A model generated the notes under the pieces. That model saw nothing but the letters and a program-made list of their open reading frames with translations. It was not told the origin of the DNA and ran no database searches. DNA of 64,000 nt from Chrysomallon squamiferum (taxonomy: Eukaryota; Animalia; Mollusca), in NCBI GenBank assembly GCA_012295275.1, contig CM022673.1, positions 19,468,001-19,532,000 of the forward strand. The letters are read 5' to 3'. Below are positions 12,801 through 24,000 of the stretch, piece after piece (the stretch's first letter is position 1; every line of letters starts with the position of its first letter). The position numbers were made by a program, and so were the translations under genes.

Positions 12801-13966
12801 GCTTATTTATTGAGACATCCAAAGGTTGTAAAATACTTGTCAGGCCCCCAGGGATGACTGCCAGATCTGTATTTTCTCGTCTTACAGCTTCTTTTACAGA
12901 ATCTACCAGGTGTGCTTTGAACATGTCCCATACTAACAAAGACTTTTCTTTTCGTAATCCACCTGAACGATTGCTCCACACTTGGTTAACCCAGAGCTTG
13001 CATCCGGCCTCACCCAACCACCCTTTTAGATGTACGTGTATTAATACGCCCTTTGGAAATTTTTCTTTTGGCATAGTTTTGCACTTGAAAACTACCATAG
13101 GTTTTAACTTTGTTCCGTCTGCCATACAGCCTAAAATAACGGTGAATTTTGACTTTTCATGGCCTGTCGTTTTCACTAGCACGGTTTTTTCTCCGATCTT
13201 GTTAACAGTTCTATTCAATAGCATGTCAAACGTCATTGGAGTTTCATCCATGTTGCCAATACATGCCAAAGCATACTTGTTTTTCTCTCTATGACGGATA
13301 ACAAATCTGTGAAAACTTGTTATTTTATCATCAAGCTCTCTGGGTAAGCGCTGGGCGATTTTGGTTTTTTGTGTTAAGACTAAATGATGCCTTTTCATGA
13401 ACAGCGTGCACCAACCAGGACTGGCTTTAAAATCCGTAATTCCTGCCTTCTTAGCTAACTTAAGTGCTTGTAAATGGATAGCACCCCTTGTAACTATATA
13501 GCCGTCTTGTCTACTTGCTTGAACCGACTCAAAAAGTGTCTTTTCTATTTCCGGATGTTTTGACTTTTTTGTCTTAAAATACACATCGACTTATACATAA
13601 GGTCGCCTTGTACACAAGTATATACGGTAATTCATTAATTAAACATTGGTTTCTTTCAGTATGGATGTATATGATTATGTGTGTATTTGTGTTCTTATAT
13701 TCATATTTTCCCTCTTGTCAGGTATCAAAATGAGTGGGTATCCAGTAACAACAGGATCTCCAGTATTACAATTACTCCCCTTTAGAGAAAGTGGATGGCT
13801 TCGACCATGGACAGGTGCTGGGTTTTACATTGCACCACGAGACAAATGGATCCGTGATCATAGTATTTGTGGAATACCAAATGAATCATATCTATTCTAC
13901 AATGAAGAGGACTGGATCAAATTTAAATATCAGGCAGAAAATCCTCAAATGACAACCAGTCATTAA
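9375..13966 (+). CDS. Uncharacterised 185-aa protein (paralog B) with two copies of a GxGYY...W...FxxEDxWxxF motif; candidate ciliary/sperm protein
   Basis: Coding exons are 9375-9687 (acceptor tttacag at 9361-9367, donor GAG|gtgaga, phase 1) and 13722-13966 (acceptor ttccctcttgtcag|GT, TAA). Total 558 nt, in frame. The first exon is homologous to paralog A with the same intron position and phase. Confidence 0.8.
11119..11260 (+). mobile_element. Degenerate tRNA-derived SINE fragment
   Basis: Contains ...GTGGAACCATTGAGCTATTTCTC...CACAACTG...GTGGTATGTGCTATCCTG...ATGGTG, a core shared with minus-strand copies at 53690-53807 and 55490-55686. Confidence 0.55.
11493..13627 (-). mobile_element. 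pogo-superfamily DNA transposon (DD35D, Passer/Tc2-like), internally deleted
   Basis: TIRs CCGTATATACTTGTGTA(T/C)AAG at both ends. TA target duplications at 11491-11492 and 13628-13629. Sub-terminal TCGACTTATACAT repeats. It sits in the coding intron of paralog B. Confidence 0.92.
12397..13584 (-). CDS. pogo transposase (HTH CENP-B + DDE_1), N-terminally truncated
   Basis: 395-codon ORF with HTH CENP-B (FKASPGWCTLFMKRH), catalytic GNMDETP, LVWDMFKAH and LQPLDVSIN (35 aa between D2 and D3), and an acidic tail ending DFEGFE. It has no proper ATG or N-terminal domain because it abuts the terminal repeat. Confidence 0.85.
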   Translation of the reverse strand: MYFKTKKSKHPEIEKTLFESVQASRQDGYIVTRGAIHLQALKLAKKAGITDFKASPGWCTLFMKRHHLVLTQKTKIAQRLPRELDDKITSFHRFVIRHREKNKYALACIGNMDETPMTFDMLLNRTVNKIGEKTVLVKTTGHEKSKFTVILGCMADGTKLKPMVVFKCKTMPKEKFPKGVLIHVHLKGWLGEAGCKLWVNQVWSNRSGGLRKEKSLLVWDMFKAHLVDSVKEAVRRENTDLAVIPGGLTSILQPLDVSINKPFKDTVRHFWNQWMLNGDKTFTKGGNMRAPSLVTVCEWVRDAWQQLDPAIIVKAFLKCGISNALDGTEDDYLWREPNALADSVQENSPTGEDSGNDDPLDSDDDLYDDAINTEEWNELFGASDSDGENDFEGFE

Positions 13967-15299
13967 TAATCAGCTTTATTCTGAATTAGTGAATAGCTGT
14001 AAATGTCACATATTTAAATCACAAGATAATGAGATTTTAGATTAAGAAAGCCTTATAAAGTTTCCAAAAAAATTCAGGCTTATCAGAATAAAAAATCCTT
14101 ATATAATTTTTTTCTCTCCTTTCATTCAAATCTTTTCAACATAAATTATAATAATTTTTATAAATCCATTTCTTTTAAAGACAAAACACTTGCCTTTTTC
14201 AAAACAATTCATTTGTATTTTCTGCCATACTAAACTGATGAAAAAGCAAGAGATAAAATATTAATAAATAAGAATATTTGTTTATTTTTCCTTATTCAAA
14301 AATTAATTTAGCTATTGCTGTAATACATTTAAACTTTGATCTGCATTGTCTACATAGTATTTCTTTAAAATATGACCATTAGGAATGCTGTGAAGGAGAG
14401 GAAAAGAACTAAATGAGAATATAAATGGTTTCAGTTAGAAATATAGTATTAATAATAGAAAATAAAATATTTCTTGGAAACATCAGGTTTTTCAGAAGCA
14501 ACTAGAAATGATGAATTAAACTCTGAATAAATATATTTTTCAATCAGTTCAAGTAACTACAAAGGTAGAATTAACCACTTCTTAATGCTGCCTCTGAGTT
14601 TTATAACTGACGCTGTACAGAGCTGTTAAATAGTATTGTCCACACTAATAAAAATATGTTTTTGCCATTAATTGTTTGTCTTTATGTATTTTACTATTTT
14701 AAGACTGACAAACTTTAATTAGTTTTGCAACATGTTGCAAAAGATGTATTTATTTCCATATTCTTTGAACAAAGGAATATGTGATGAGATTCTGATGGTT
14801 ACCTTGAATAAAGAATCTGAATAACTAATTAGAAATAGTTAGATGAAATTTAGGAATTTTATTATTATTTTTTTAATTTTAAGCTGCACAAATTACTGTA
14901 TTGGTGACATAAAAATTTCTGCTAAGACATTTGGATAAATTAGATGTAATGTTTGTAGACATTTTAAAACATGAATTTAATTAGTTTTTTTCTCACATGA
15001 TTAACTTACCCAGCTAAAATGTTTATGTAGCCCTTATATAGACTAGCTCTGTAAATGTTTTAGCTGGATAATGATACTTTCATACATATATAAATGAAAG
15101 TATTCATAAGAAAATAACAACATAATAAGGTTACAAGAAAATTAATTCACATTTACTGTTTGGTAAAATGGGTGTTTCTTGTTAAGAATACAGTCAAGTG
15201 GAATATTGACAATCAAGTGGCTACAGACAGTTTGAGCATGAATTCTAGTGCCTGTGGTTTGCTGCAAAGTATGGCCTAAACATGGAGCACTTTCAAACC

Positions 15300-15645
15300 T
15301 GTGGTCTACCAGAACATAATCGATCTCACACTTGCTCAGTTTGGTTTATGTGTTGTTGGAGTCATGATAAGGTCCTGTGATGAACATGAAAGTACAGAGC
15401 AACGTCATGTACACATTGGCTGGTGTTAAGCCATCCGTGTGCTTCACAACTTTGATTTTCCATTAAGCCTGGATAAATTCTTCCATTTGTTTTTGGATAA
15501 TGTTGGTTCAGTGCAACAAAATGTGATTTTAAAACATCACAGCATGAGCACACTGCATTTGCACATGCAGTACACAGAGGCATGCGATATGACAAATGGT
15601 GTTCTTTTCATTACCCAAAGCGACAGGGCATATTCAGCTAACATA
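15300..15645 (+). mobile_element. Possible highly decayed Sola-like transposase relic
   Basis: GC-richer patch translating to FHLFLDNVGSVQQN (cf. LFxDNCxGQNKN) and, with a frameshift, G.SF.LPSDRAY (cf. GHSFLPxDRxF). Weak similarity only. Confidence 0.3.
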
Positions 15646-18099
15646 TAACAAAGTTTTATCACTTTATTTTAATTTATTTGGAAGCAACATTCATTGCTAA
15701 ACATTTTTGGTTAAGTATATGTGTGTGTGTTTGTACGAACAATGGCTCTGAACTTTGAACAAATAGTCATAAAATGGAGTATATATTTCATTATTTGTTG
15801 TAGTAAAATTGAGTACAATAGTTCACTTGTTCATTTATTTTATTATTAATAAATGAAGCTTGCTTAATTACATATTACTACCATGGCAGATATAAATGAT
15901 ATTAATATTATAACTGATGTTAATTAAGATTGCAATTGGGGTTTTTTAATTTTATACCGTGTAATGAACATCGTTACAGTAATGCCTACTTCATAAAATT
16001 TCCCAAGATATCAAGTATGCATTTACATGTTTATTATGTATACAAACACACACACATTCTTTATGTGTTGTGTTTGTTTGTAATGTGTTAACTTCAAAAT
16101 AACAGAGTTCTAAAAGAGACACTGTCAGTTTTCCCAATACTAATGAACGGCAAAAATTTATTAACTAGCTTTTAACTTTTTTTTTAACTAAAGTACCTGC
16201 TGATGTAACTAAAACTAATTGTGTTTGTAGAAACTGTGCTCTTTGTTTATGAATTTAAAAAAACACATTTATCTATGTAACTTTTTTAATTTTTCAGTGC
16301 CTGATTTTTGCAACACTATAATCTTCAAGCTTTATAGTAAACTATTACTCTATGATTTGAATAAGAAAGTGTTACATCATGCAAAGTTATGTCTGGTGAG
16401 GAACAATGTTACATTAGTAATAATATATATGTTTGCTGTTGTTGTTTTTTTGTTAGGGGGTTGTTGTTGTTATTTTCTTTTTCACTGGCAAGAAACAGAA
16501 ACTATAATTATATTTAAATAATTTTACTAAATATTAAAATCTGATAAATATATCATTAAAATTATTCAATATGTAAAAGAAAAACCTAACAAATACTGAA
16601 ACACATAACACATACATTCCAAATATTATGTAATGCATCTTTTTTCATGATAAATATGAAAGGCTTTACAAAATAATTATTAAGGAGTAGATATGACAAA
16701 AAAAATACTCAATAATTCAAGAAACTAAAGAAATGAATTTAATTTTTAGTATAATACTTTAATGTGTTATAGTGCTGAACAAGCTTACCACTGGATTACT
16801 TTCAAAATTTCCCAAGTATCAGGATGATCCATTTGGTCATGACTTGCTTAGTATAAAGCCTACAAAATAAGCTACATGAGCAGTATGGGAAATGATGAGA
16901 CACTAAGAGCCACACACACCATCCATGTGAATGTATTCATTGCTGTATCAAAAAATGTTACAAGGCAATAAATACTGAAGCTTGTCTTTGAGGACATTTG
17001 AATCTGAAGTCTTGAAATGCTTAACAAGTCAGTTTGTTCCAAGTTGTGAATTTGTTCTTGTGTACCACTTTTACCTTAATATTTATTATGACAACTATTC
17101 TTGTATGTAAATTTGTGATGAATAAAACATTTCTTAACCCAATTATTAATTATAAAATATCCAGCAGGATACCATTCTCTCTTCTGGAGCACTTTATAAC
17201 CAGCTAAATTGTGTTGATCCATAGATAAGTGTTAAATGTGATTTTCTGCTTCTTCATTTTACACTGCAAAGTCAGGATATCATATACATGATTTCTGCAC
17301 TAGGCAGCATATCAACCAAGTTTTGATTAGTTTGTCATAATCCTTTGTGCATCACTTACTGTATTATTATTTTCTTTCAGATTTTTAATATTTCAATGAA
17401 TACATTTAGGCAATTTCAAACACAGAACAATACTGAACACAAAGAGACATGGTGACATCACATTTATAGTTTTGATCATTTAAAATAATAATCAGGCATT
17501 TCAAATGGGATTGGTTGTCTTGTGTTCATATATTTTACTGTTACTTAATAATAAGTGAGATGCCAGTATTAAAAGAAGTCTGTGGTTTTATCCCCACAAT
17601 CCTAATGAATAACACAAATACTTAGGTACAGCTGCATTTTCACAAACAAACTTCTAATGTTTATTAGTTTTTTATTTCTAAAATGAAATCCTTCATTAGA
17701 TGCAATTCAATTGCAATATTTCTTGACATTCCTACATTTGTAATTCATTTAATTCCTTTTTCATGAAAATTTCTCATAATTATTATAACAAACATAATAT
17801 TATAGCTATTTATTTATTCTTGAAATTTTCAAAAAAATTATATTCATTTTAACTTATCTTACATCTAATTAATTTCATTAAAATAAAACCTTTGTATCTG
17901 TTTTATCTACATAATCATGTATGAGTTGCTATCATTGTTTTAGATGCAAAACTGGCCCTTATTATATCTACTCCTTTTAATTTAGTTTGTTCATTCGTTT
18001 TCATTTTCATTAATAATATTCATTTTGTAAATATTTTCTGGAAGGTCACATCATGTCCTGTTGTGGTCTAAGACAAATATAGCTGTCTACAATTTAATC

Positions 18100-21000
18100 T
18101 CAGGGATGTTGTCCAAGTTCAAACGGAATGATGTTAACAGAACGAACACAGTTTCCTGTTGAAAAGTTGCAAATGGAATTCTGTGGGCAGCAGTGTGTCA
18201 TATCTGCACAGCAGGTTGCCTGAGAAAAAAAACCCAGTCCAAAACACCTCTTAGTAAGTGATTTTGTCAATTTACAATTAATGAAAAAAGCTATTTATTA
18301 AAATAATTATTATTAGATTATACCTCTTACTATTCTATTTCATGGAACAGCAATACTTTGAAATTAATATAAGGATACATTATTTAAACACTGAAACATG
18401 CCATTCAAAACTATTTCTGGGTATAAATGTAGCAATTCCAGTAGTTTTTATATTTGTGTGAAAAAACAAAAAATTATATACTCTGGTTATCATTAAAACT
18501 GGCAGTTAAGAAACAAAAACTCACAACCAAGATTGTTTTTCAATTGTGTCCTACCCCAACTTCCAGAAACAGAGATAAAGCCCATGACCAAAACAAAAAA
18601 TATTACCTGTTACTTAATTTACATTATAAACACATACCAGCTTGAAAGCTCAATCTAAGTCTTACTGAATAATAATTTTGGATTATTAGCAATCCATTAA
18701 GATTATAACTATTTTTCTTTTTAAATTTTGAAACCAGATTCAATAAAAAATTCATAATTATAAAAGATATTGAAAATTACCTAAAATGCTAATATACCTT
18801 TAATCTTACATTAAAAAGCAGTTATGCAGTACGATAAAATATAACTGTGAAATGACCTCATAAATAACAGCAACAATAAAATACTTATCATGATACTAAC
18901 ATTTGGTAAAGGGCAGCACCCAAATTGATGTAATCCAATAGGACAGCAAGTAAATTCATCAGGGCAGTGTTTGAAATTGGGGCACACTATCATTTCAGTT
19001 TTCACTTGTAAAATTGTGGATAGAAATGTTTTTTCTCTTTCAAACCAAGGATGTTTTTTCAAGTCTTTGACACATTTACCAGCTGAAACATCACATGCAG
19101 TTCCATGTGGGCAGCAATGTAATCCATCTGAACAGCAAACAGCCTAAAATAAACGAGAGTATTTGTTATAAAATATCTATATAAAGGGTAACATCATGTA
19201 ACAGTAACATAATTTGGTCTATTATCTGCATGCAGATAAAGAAAGTATTAGCGTTCTTTATTTTAATAATGTTTTTCTTTCTTCTTTTTTTTTTTCTAAT
19301 ATAGTAATAATGATAAAAGTAAATCCTGAAAATATTATTCTGATTGTAAACTATTAAACTGGTTCTGTATTTATAATAAACCTCTTCTGACTTTACAGTT
19401 CAGTGTATGTTTAGTTTTAAATGTATTAATTCATTTAATTTATTTATTATTTATTTTTAGTAAATCTAATAAAGTTTATAACAGATTACTATAACTAATC
19501 ATTATTATTACAATATATTGAACTATTTATGACTTTTGTCTTATTTTACTACTGGTATAGACAACCCTTTATTCTTACCTAAAACAAATTATTGAAAAAA
19601 AGAATTTAAGTAACAGTTATTAATTTTGATAGAATCTCAATCATCATTTTTCAAATAATATTTAATTAATAGCAATATATGAAGTTTTCATATCAAAACA
19701 AAACAAGTAACACCATTATTTAATTCTGAAATTCTGTTTATTAAGGCTGACACAGTTCCAAATAAAACTGTACAACTACAAACATTTCCAACAATTTCAA
19801 TTAAAGTAATACCTTTTCCAATGGACAGCAGCCATACTGACCAGACATTTCTTTGCAGCAAGTCGAACCATCAGGACATTCAAATTTTCCATCAGGACAC
19901 CTAATACTAGTCACTGCTCCTATGCTTATTACTTTAACCTATAAACAGATTTAAAATCCTCAATAATAGGTAGATTACAAAGAAAACTAACTTTAAGGAA
20001 GACAAATAAATAGTTCTTCCTGTATTCTAATTAACATTTTATTTACAACTTTTCTAAAGTAAAACCGAAATTAATTCACTGTGAAAAATTAAATGAACTT
20101 CTGACATATGCTGATACCTGTTTAAAAACACTTTTAGTATTCATTAGCCAATTATATGATGTACCATCTTGTTTAATACATCGACCTTGACTGACATCAC
20201 AAGTTGTAAGATGTGGACAACAGTGAACACCGTCAGAACAACAGACAGCCTGTGGTTAAAAAATATAATCTTTTAAATATTCAAAGAGTCAACAGTATCA
20301 AAGCACATAAATGAAATATTTAATGTAAAACAGAAATTGTTTATATGCTAAAGTTTGTCACAAAAAATTGGGTAAAAACAATGATTTCAACACTTCAACA
20401 TCATTATAATAACTTGGAAACAGTTTAATTTAAACAGTGTGTTTACAAATTCTGGCAGTACCAATGTATCTGTTCCTTATAATTCTACAAATATATAAAT
20501 TCTATCCAGAACATAAAATAGCACAAAGAACAATTTAATAATAAAGTCAGAGAATCTCAGGAAGTGAAAAAACTGAAAAGGAAACGATGGAAACTTTTAG
20601 AGACAAACACACAACAGTCCATGCAAAAGTGTAATTCAATTTGTTACTAGGTATATAACACGTTTTAACCATTTTTGACTCAAATAACAGAATAATATTG
20701 TGTATTTTGTGAAAGAAAAAAACCAGTTACATGAAAGTTGGGTCTTACCTTTGGAAGTGGACAGCATCCCCACTGACCAGTTTTCAGTTTACAACAAGTG
20801 TCTCCAGATGGACACGAATACTCTGGGTCACACTGCACATTCTCAGATTTTGTTACTATTGCTGTTGTTTTTGGTAACCATGGATATGATGTACCATCTT
20901 GTTTAATACATCGACCTTGACTGACATCACAAGTTGTAGAATGTGGACAACAATGAACACCGTCAGAACAACAGACAGCCTGGGGTTAAAAAATATAATC

Positions 21001-24000
21001 TTTTTAAATAATTCAAATAGTGGAAACTTTCAAAGCACATAAGTGAAATATTTAATGTAAAACAGAAATTATTAATAAGTTTTAAAGTTTGTCTGAAGAA
21101 AATTGATAAAAACAATGGTTTCAATACCTCAACATTATTATAATAACATTGAAATAGTTTAATTTAAACAATATGTTTACAAATTCATGCAGTAACTATG
21201 TATCTGTTCTTTATGATTCTACAAATATATAAACTCCATAGAGAAAATAAACTAGGACATAGCACACTTTAATAACAAAGTCAGAGAATCTCAGGAAGTG
21301 AAAAAACTGAAAAGGAAACGATGGAAACTTTTAGAGACAAACACACAACAGTACAAGCAAAAGTGTAATTCAATTTGTTACTAGCCATATGTCACATCAT
21401 AACTATTTTTCACTCAAATGACAGAATAACAATGTGTTTTTGTGAAAGCACATAGTAGTTTTTTAAACTTGGGTCCTACCTTTGGAAGTGGACAACATCC
21501 CCACTGACCAGTTTTCAGTTTACAACAAGTGTCTCCAGATGGACACGAATAATCTGGGTCACACTGCACATTCTCAGATTTTGTTACTATTGCTGTTCTT
21601 TTATGTAACCATGGATATGATGTACCATCTTGTTTAATACATCGACCTTGACTGACATCACAAGTTGTAAGATGTGGACAACAGTGAACACCGTCAGAAC
21701 AACAGACAGCCTGTGGTTAAAAAATATAATCTTTTAAATATTCAAAGAGTCAACAGTATCAAAGCACATAAATGAAATATTTAATGTAAAACAGAAATTG
21801 TTTATATGCTAAAGTTTGTCACAAACAATGATTTCAACACTTCAACATCATTATAATAACTTGGAAACAGTTTAATTTAAACAGTGTGTTTACAAATTCA
21901 GGCAGTACTTTGTATCTGTTCCTTATAATTCTACAAATATATAAATTCTATCCAGAACATAAAATAGCACAAAGAACAATTTAATAATAAAGTCAGAGAA
22001 TCTCAGGAAGTGAAAAAACTGAAAAGGAAACGATGGAAACTTTTAGAGACAAACACACAACAGTCCATGCAAAAGTGTAATTCAATTTGTTACTAGGTAT
22101 ATGACACGTTTTAACCATTTTTGACTCAAATAACAGAATAATATTGTGTATTTTGTGAAAGAAAAAAACCAGTTACATGAAAGTTGGGTCTTACCTTTGG
22201 AAGTGGACAGCATCCCCACTGACCAGTTTTCAGTTTACAACAAGTGTCTCCAGATGGACACAAATACTCTGGGTCACACTGCACATTCTCAGATTTTGTT
22301 ACTATTGCTGTTGTTTTTGGTAACCATGGATATGATGTACCATCTTGTTTAATACATCGACCTTGACTGACATCACAAGTTGTAAGATGTGGACAACAGT
22401 GAACACCGTCAGAACAACAGACAGCCTGGGGTTAAAAAATATAATGTTTTAAATATTCAAATAGTGGAAACTTTCAAAGCACATAAGTGAAATATTTAAT
22501 GTGAAACAGAAATTATTTATAAGTTTGAATAAAGTTTCTCCGAAGAAAATTGATAAAACAATGGTTTCAATACCTCAACATTATTATAACTTTGAAATAG
22601 TTTAATTTAAACACTATGTTTACAAATTCATGCAGTAACTATGTATCTGTTCTTTATGATTCAACAAATATATAAACTCCATAGAGAAAATAAACTAGGA
22701 CATAGCACACATTAATAATAAAGTCAGAGAATCTGAAGGAGTGAAGAAACTGAAAAGGAAAGGATGGAACTTTTCAGAGAAAAACACACAACAGTCCATG
22801 CAAAAGTGTAATTCAATTTGTTACTAGGCATATGACACGTTTTAACCATTTTTGACTCAAATAACAGAATAATAGTGTGTATTTTGTGAAAGAAAAAAAC
22901 CAGTTACATGAAATTTGGGTCTTACCTTTGGAAGTGGACAGCATCCCCATTGACCAGTTTTCAGTTTACAACAAGTGTCTCCAGATGGACACGAATACTC
23001 TGGGTCACACTGAACGTTCTCAGATTTTGTTACTATTGCTGCACTTTTTGGTAACCATGGATATGATGTACCATCTTGTTTAATACATCGACCTTGACTG
23101 ACATCACAAGTTGTAAGATGTGGACAACAGTGAACACCGTCAGAACAACAGACAGCCTGAGGTTAAAAAATATAATCTTTTAAATATTCAAAGAGTCAAC
23201 AGTATCAAAGCACATAAATGAAATATTTAATGTAAAACAGAAATTGTTTATATGCTAAAGTTTGTCACAAAAAAATGGGTAAAAACAATGGTTTCAACAC
23301 TTCAACATCATTATAATAACTTGGAAACAATTTAATTTAAACAGTGTGTTTACAAATTCTGGCAGTACCAATGTATCTGTTCCTTATAATTCTACAAATA
23401 TATAAATTCTATCCAGAACATAAAATAGCACAAAGCACAATTTAATAATAAAGTCAGAGAATCTCAGGGAGTGAAAAAACTGAAAAGGAAACGATGGAAA
23501 CTTTTAGAGACAAACACACAACAGTACAAGCAAAAGTGTAATTCAATTTGTTACTAGCCATATGTCACATCATAACTATTTTTCACTCAAATGACAGAAT
23601 AACAATGTGTTTTTGTGAAAGCAGATAGTAGTTTCTTAAACTTGGGTCCTACCTCTGGAAGTGGACAGCATCCCCATTGACCAGTTTTCAGTTTACAACA
23701 AGTGTCTCCAGATGGACACAAATACTCTGGGTCACACTGCACATTCTCAGATTTTGTTACTATTGCTGTTCTTTTATGTAACCATGGATATGATGTACCA
23801 TCTTGTTTAATACATCGACCTTGACTGACATCACAAGTTGTAAGATGTGGACAACAGTGAACACCGTCAGAACAACAGACAGCCTGTGGTTAAAAAATAT
23901 AATGTTTTAAATATTCAAATAGTGGAAACTTTCAAAGCACATAAGTGAAATATTTAATGTGAAACAGAAATTATTTATAAGTTTGAATAAAGTTTCTCCG

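Noticed and set aside
12788-13294. 168-aa plus-strand ORF
   Set aside because: Antisense to the pogo transposase, with no independent coding signal.
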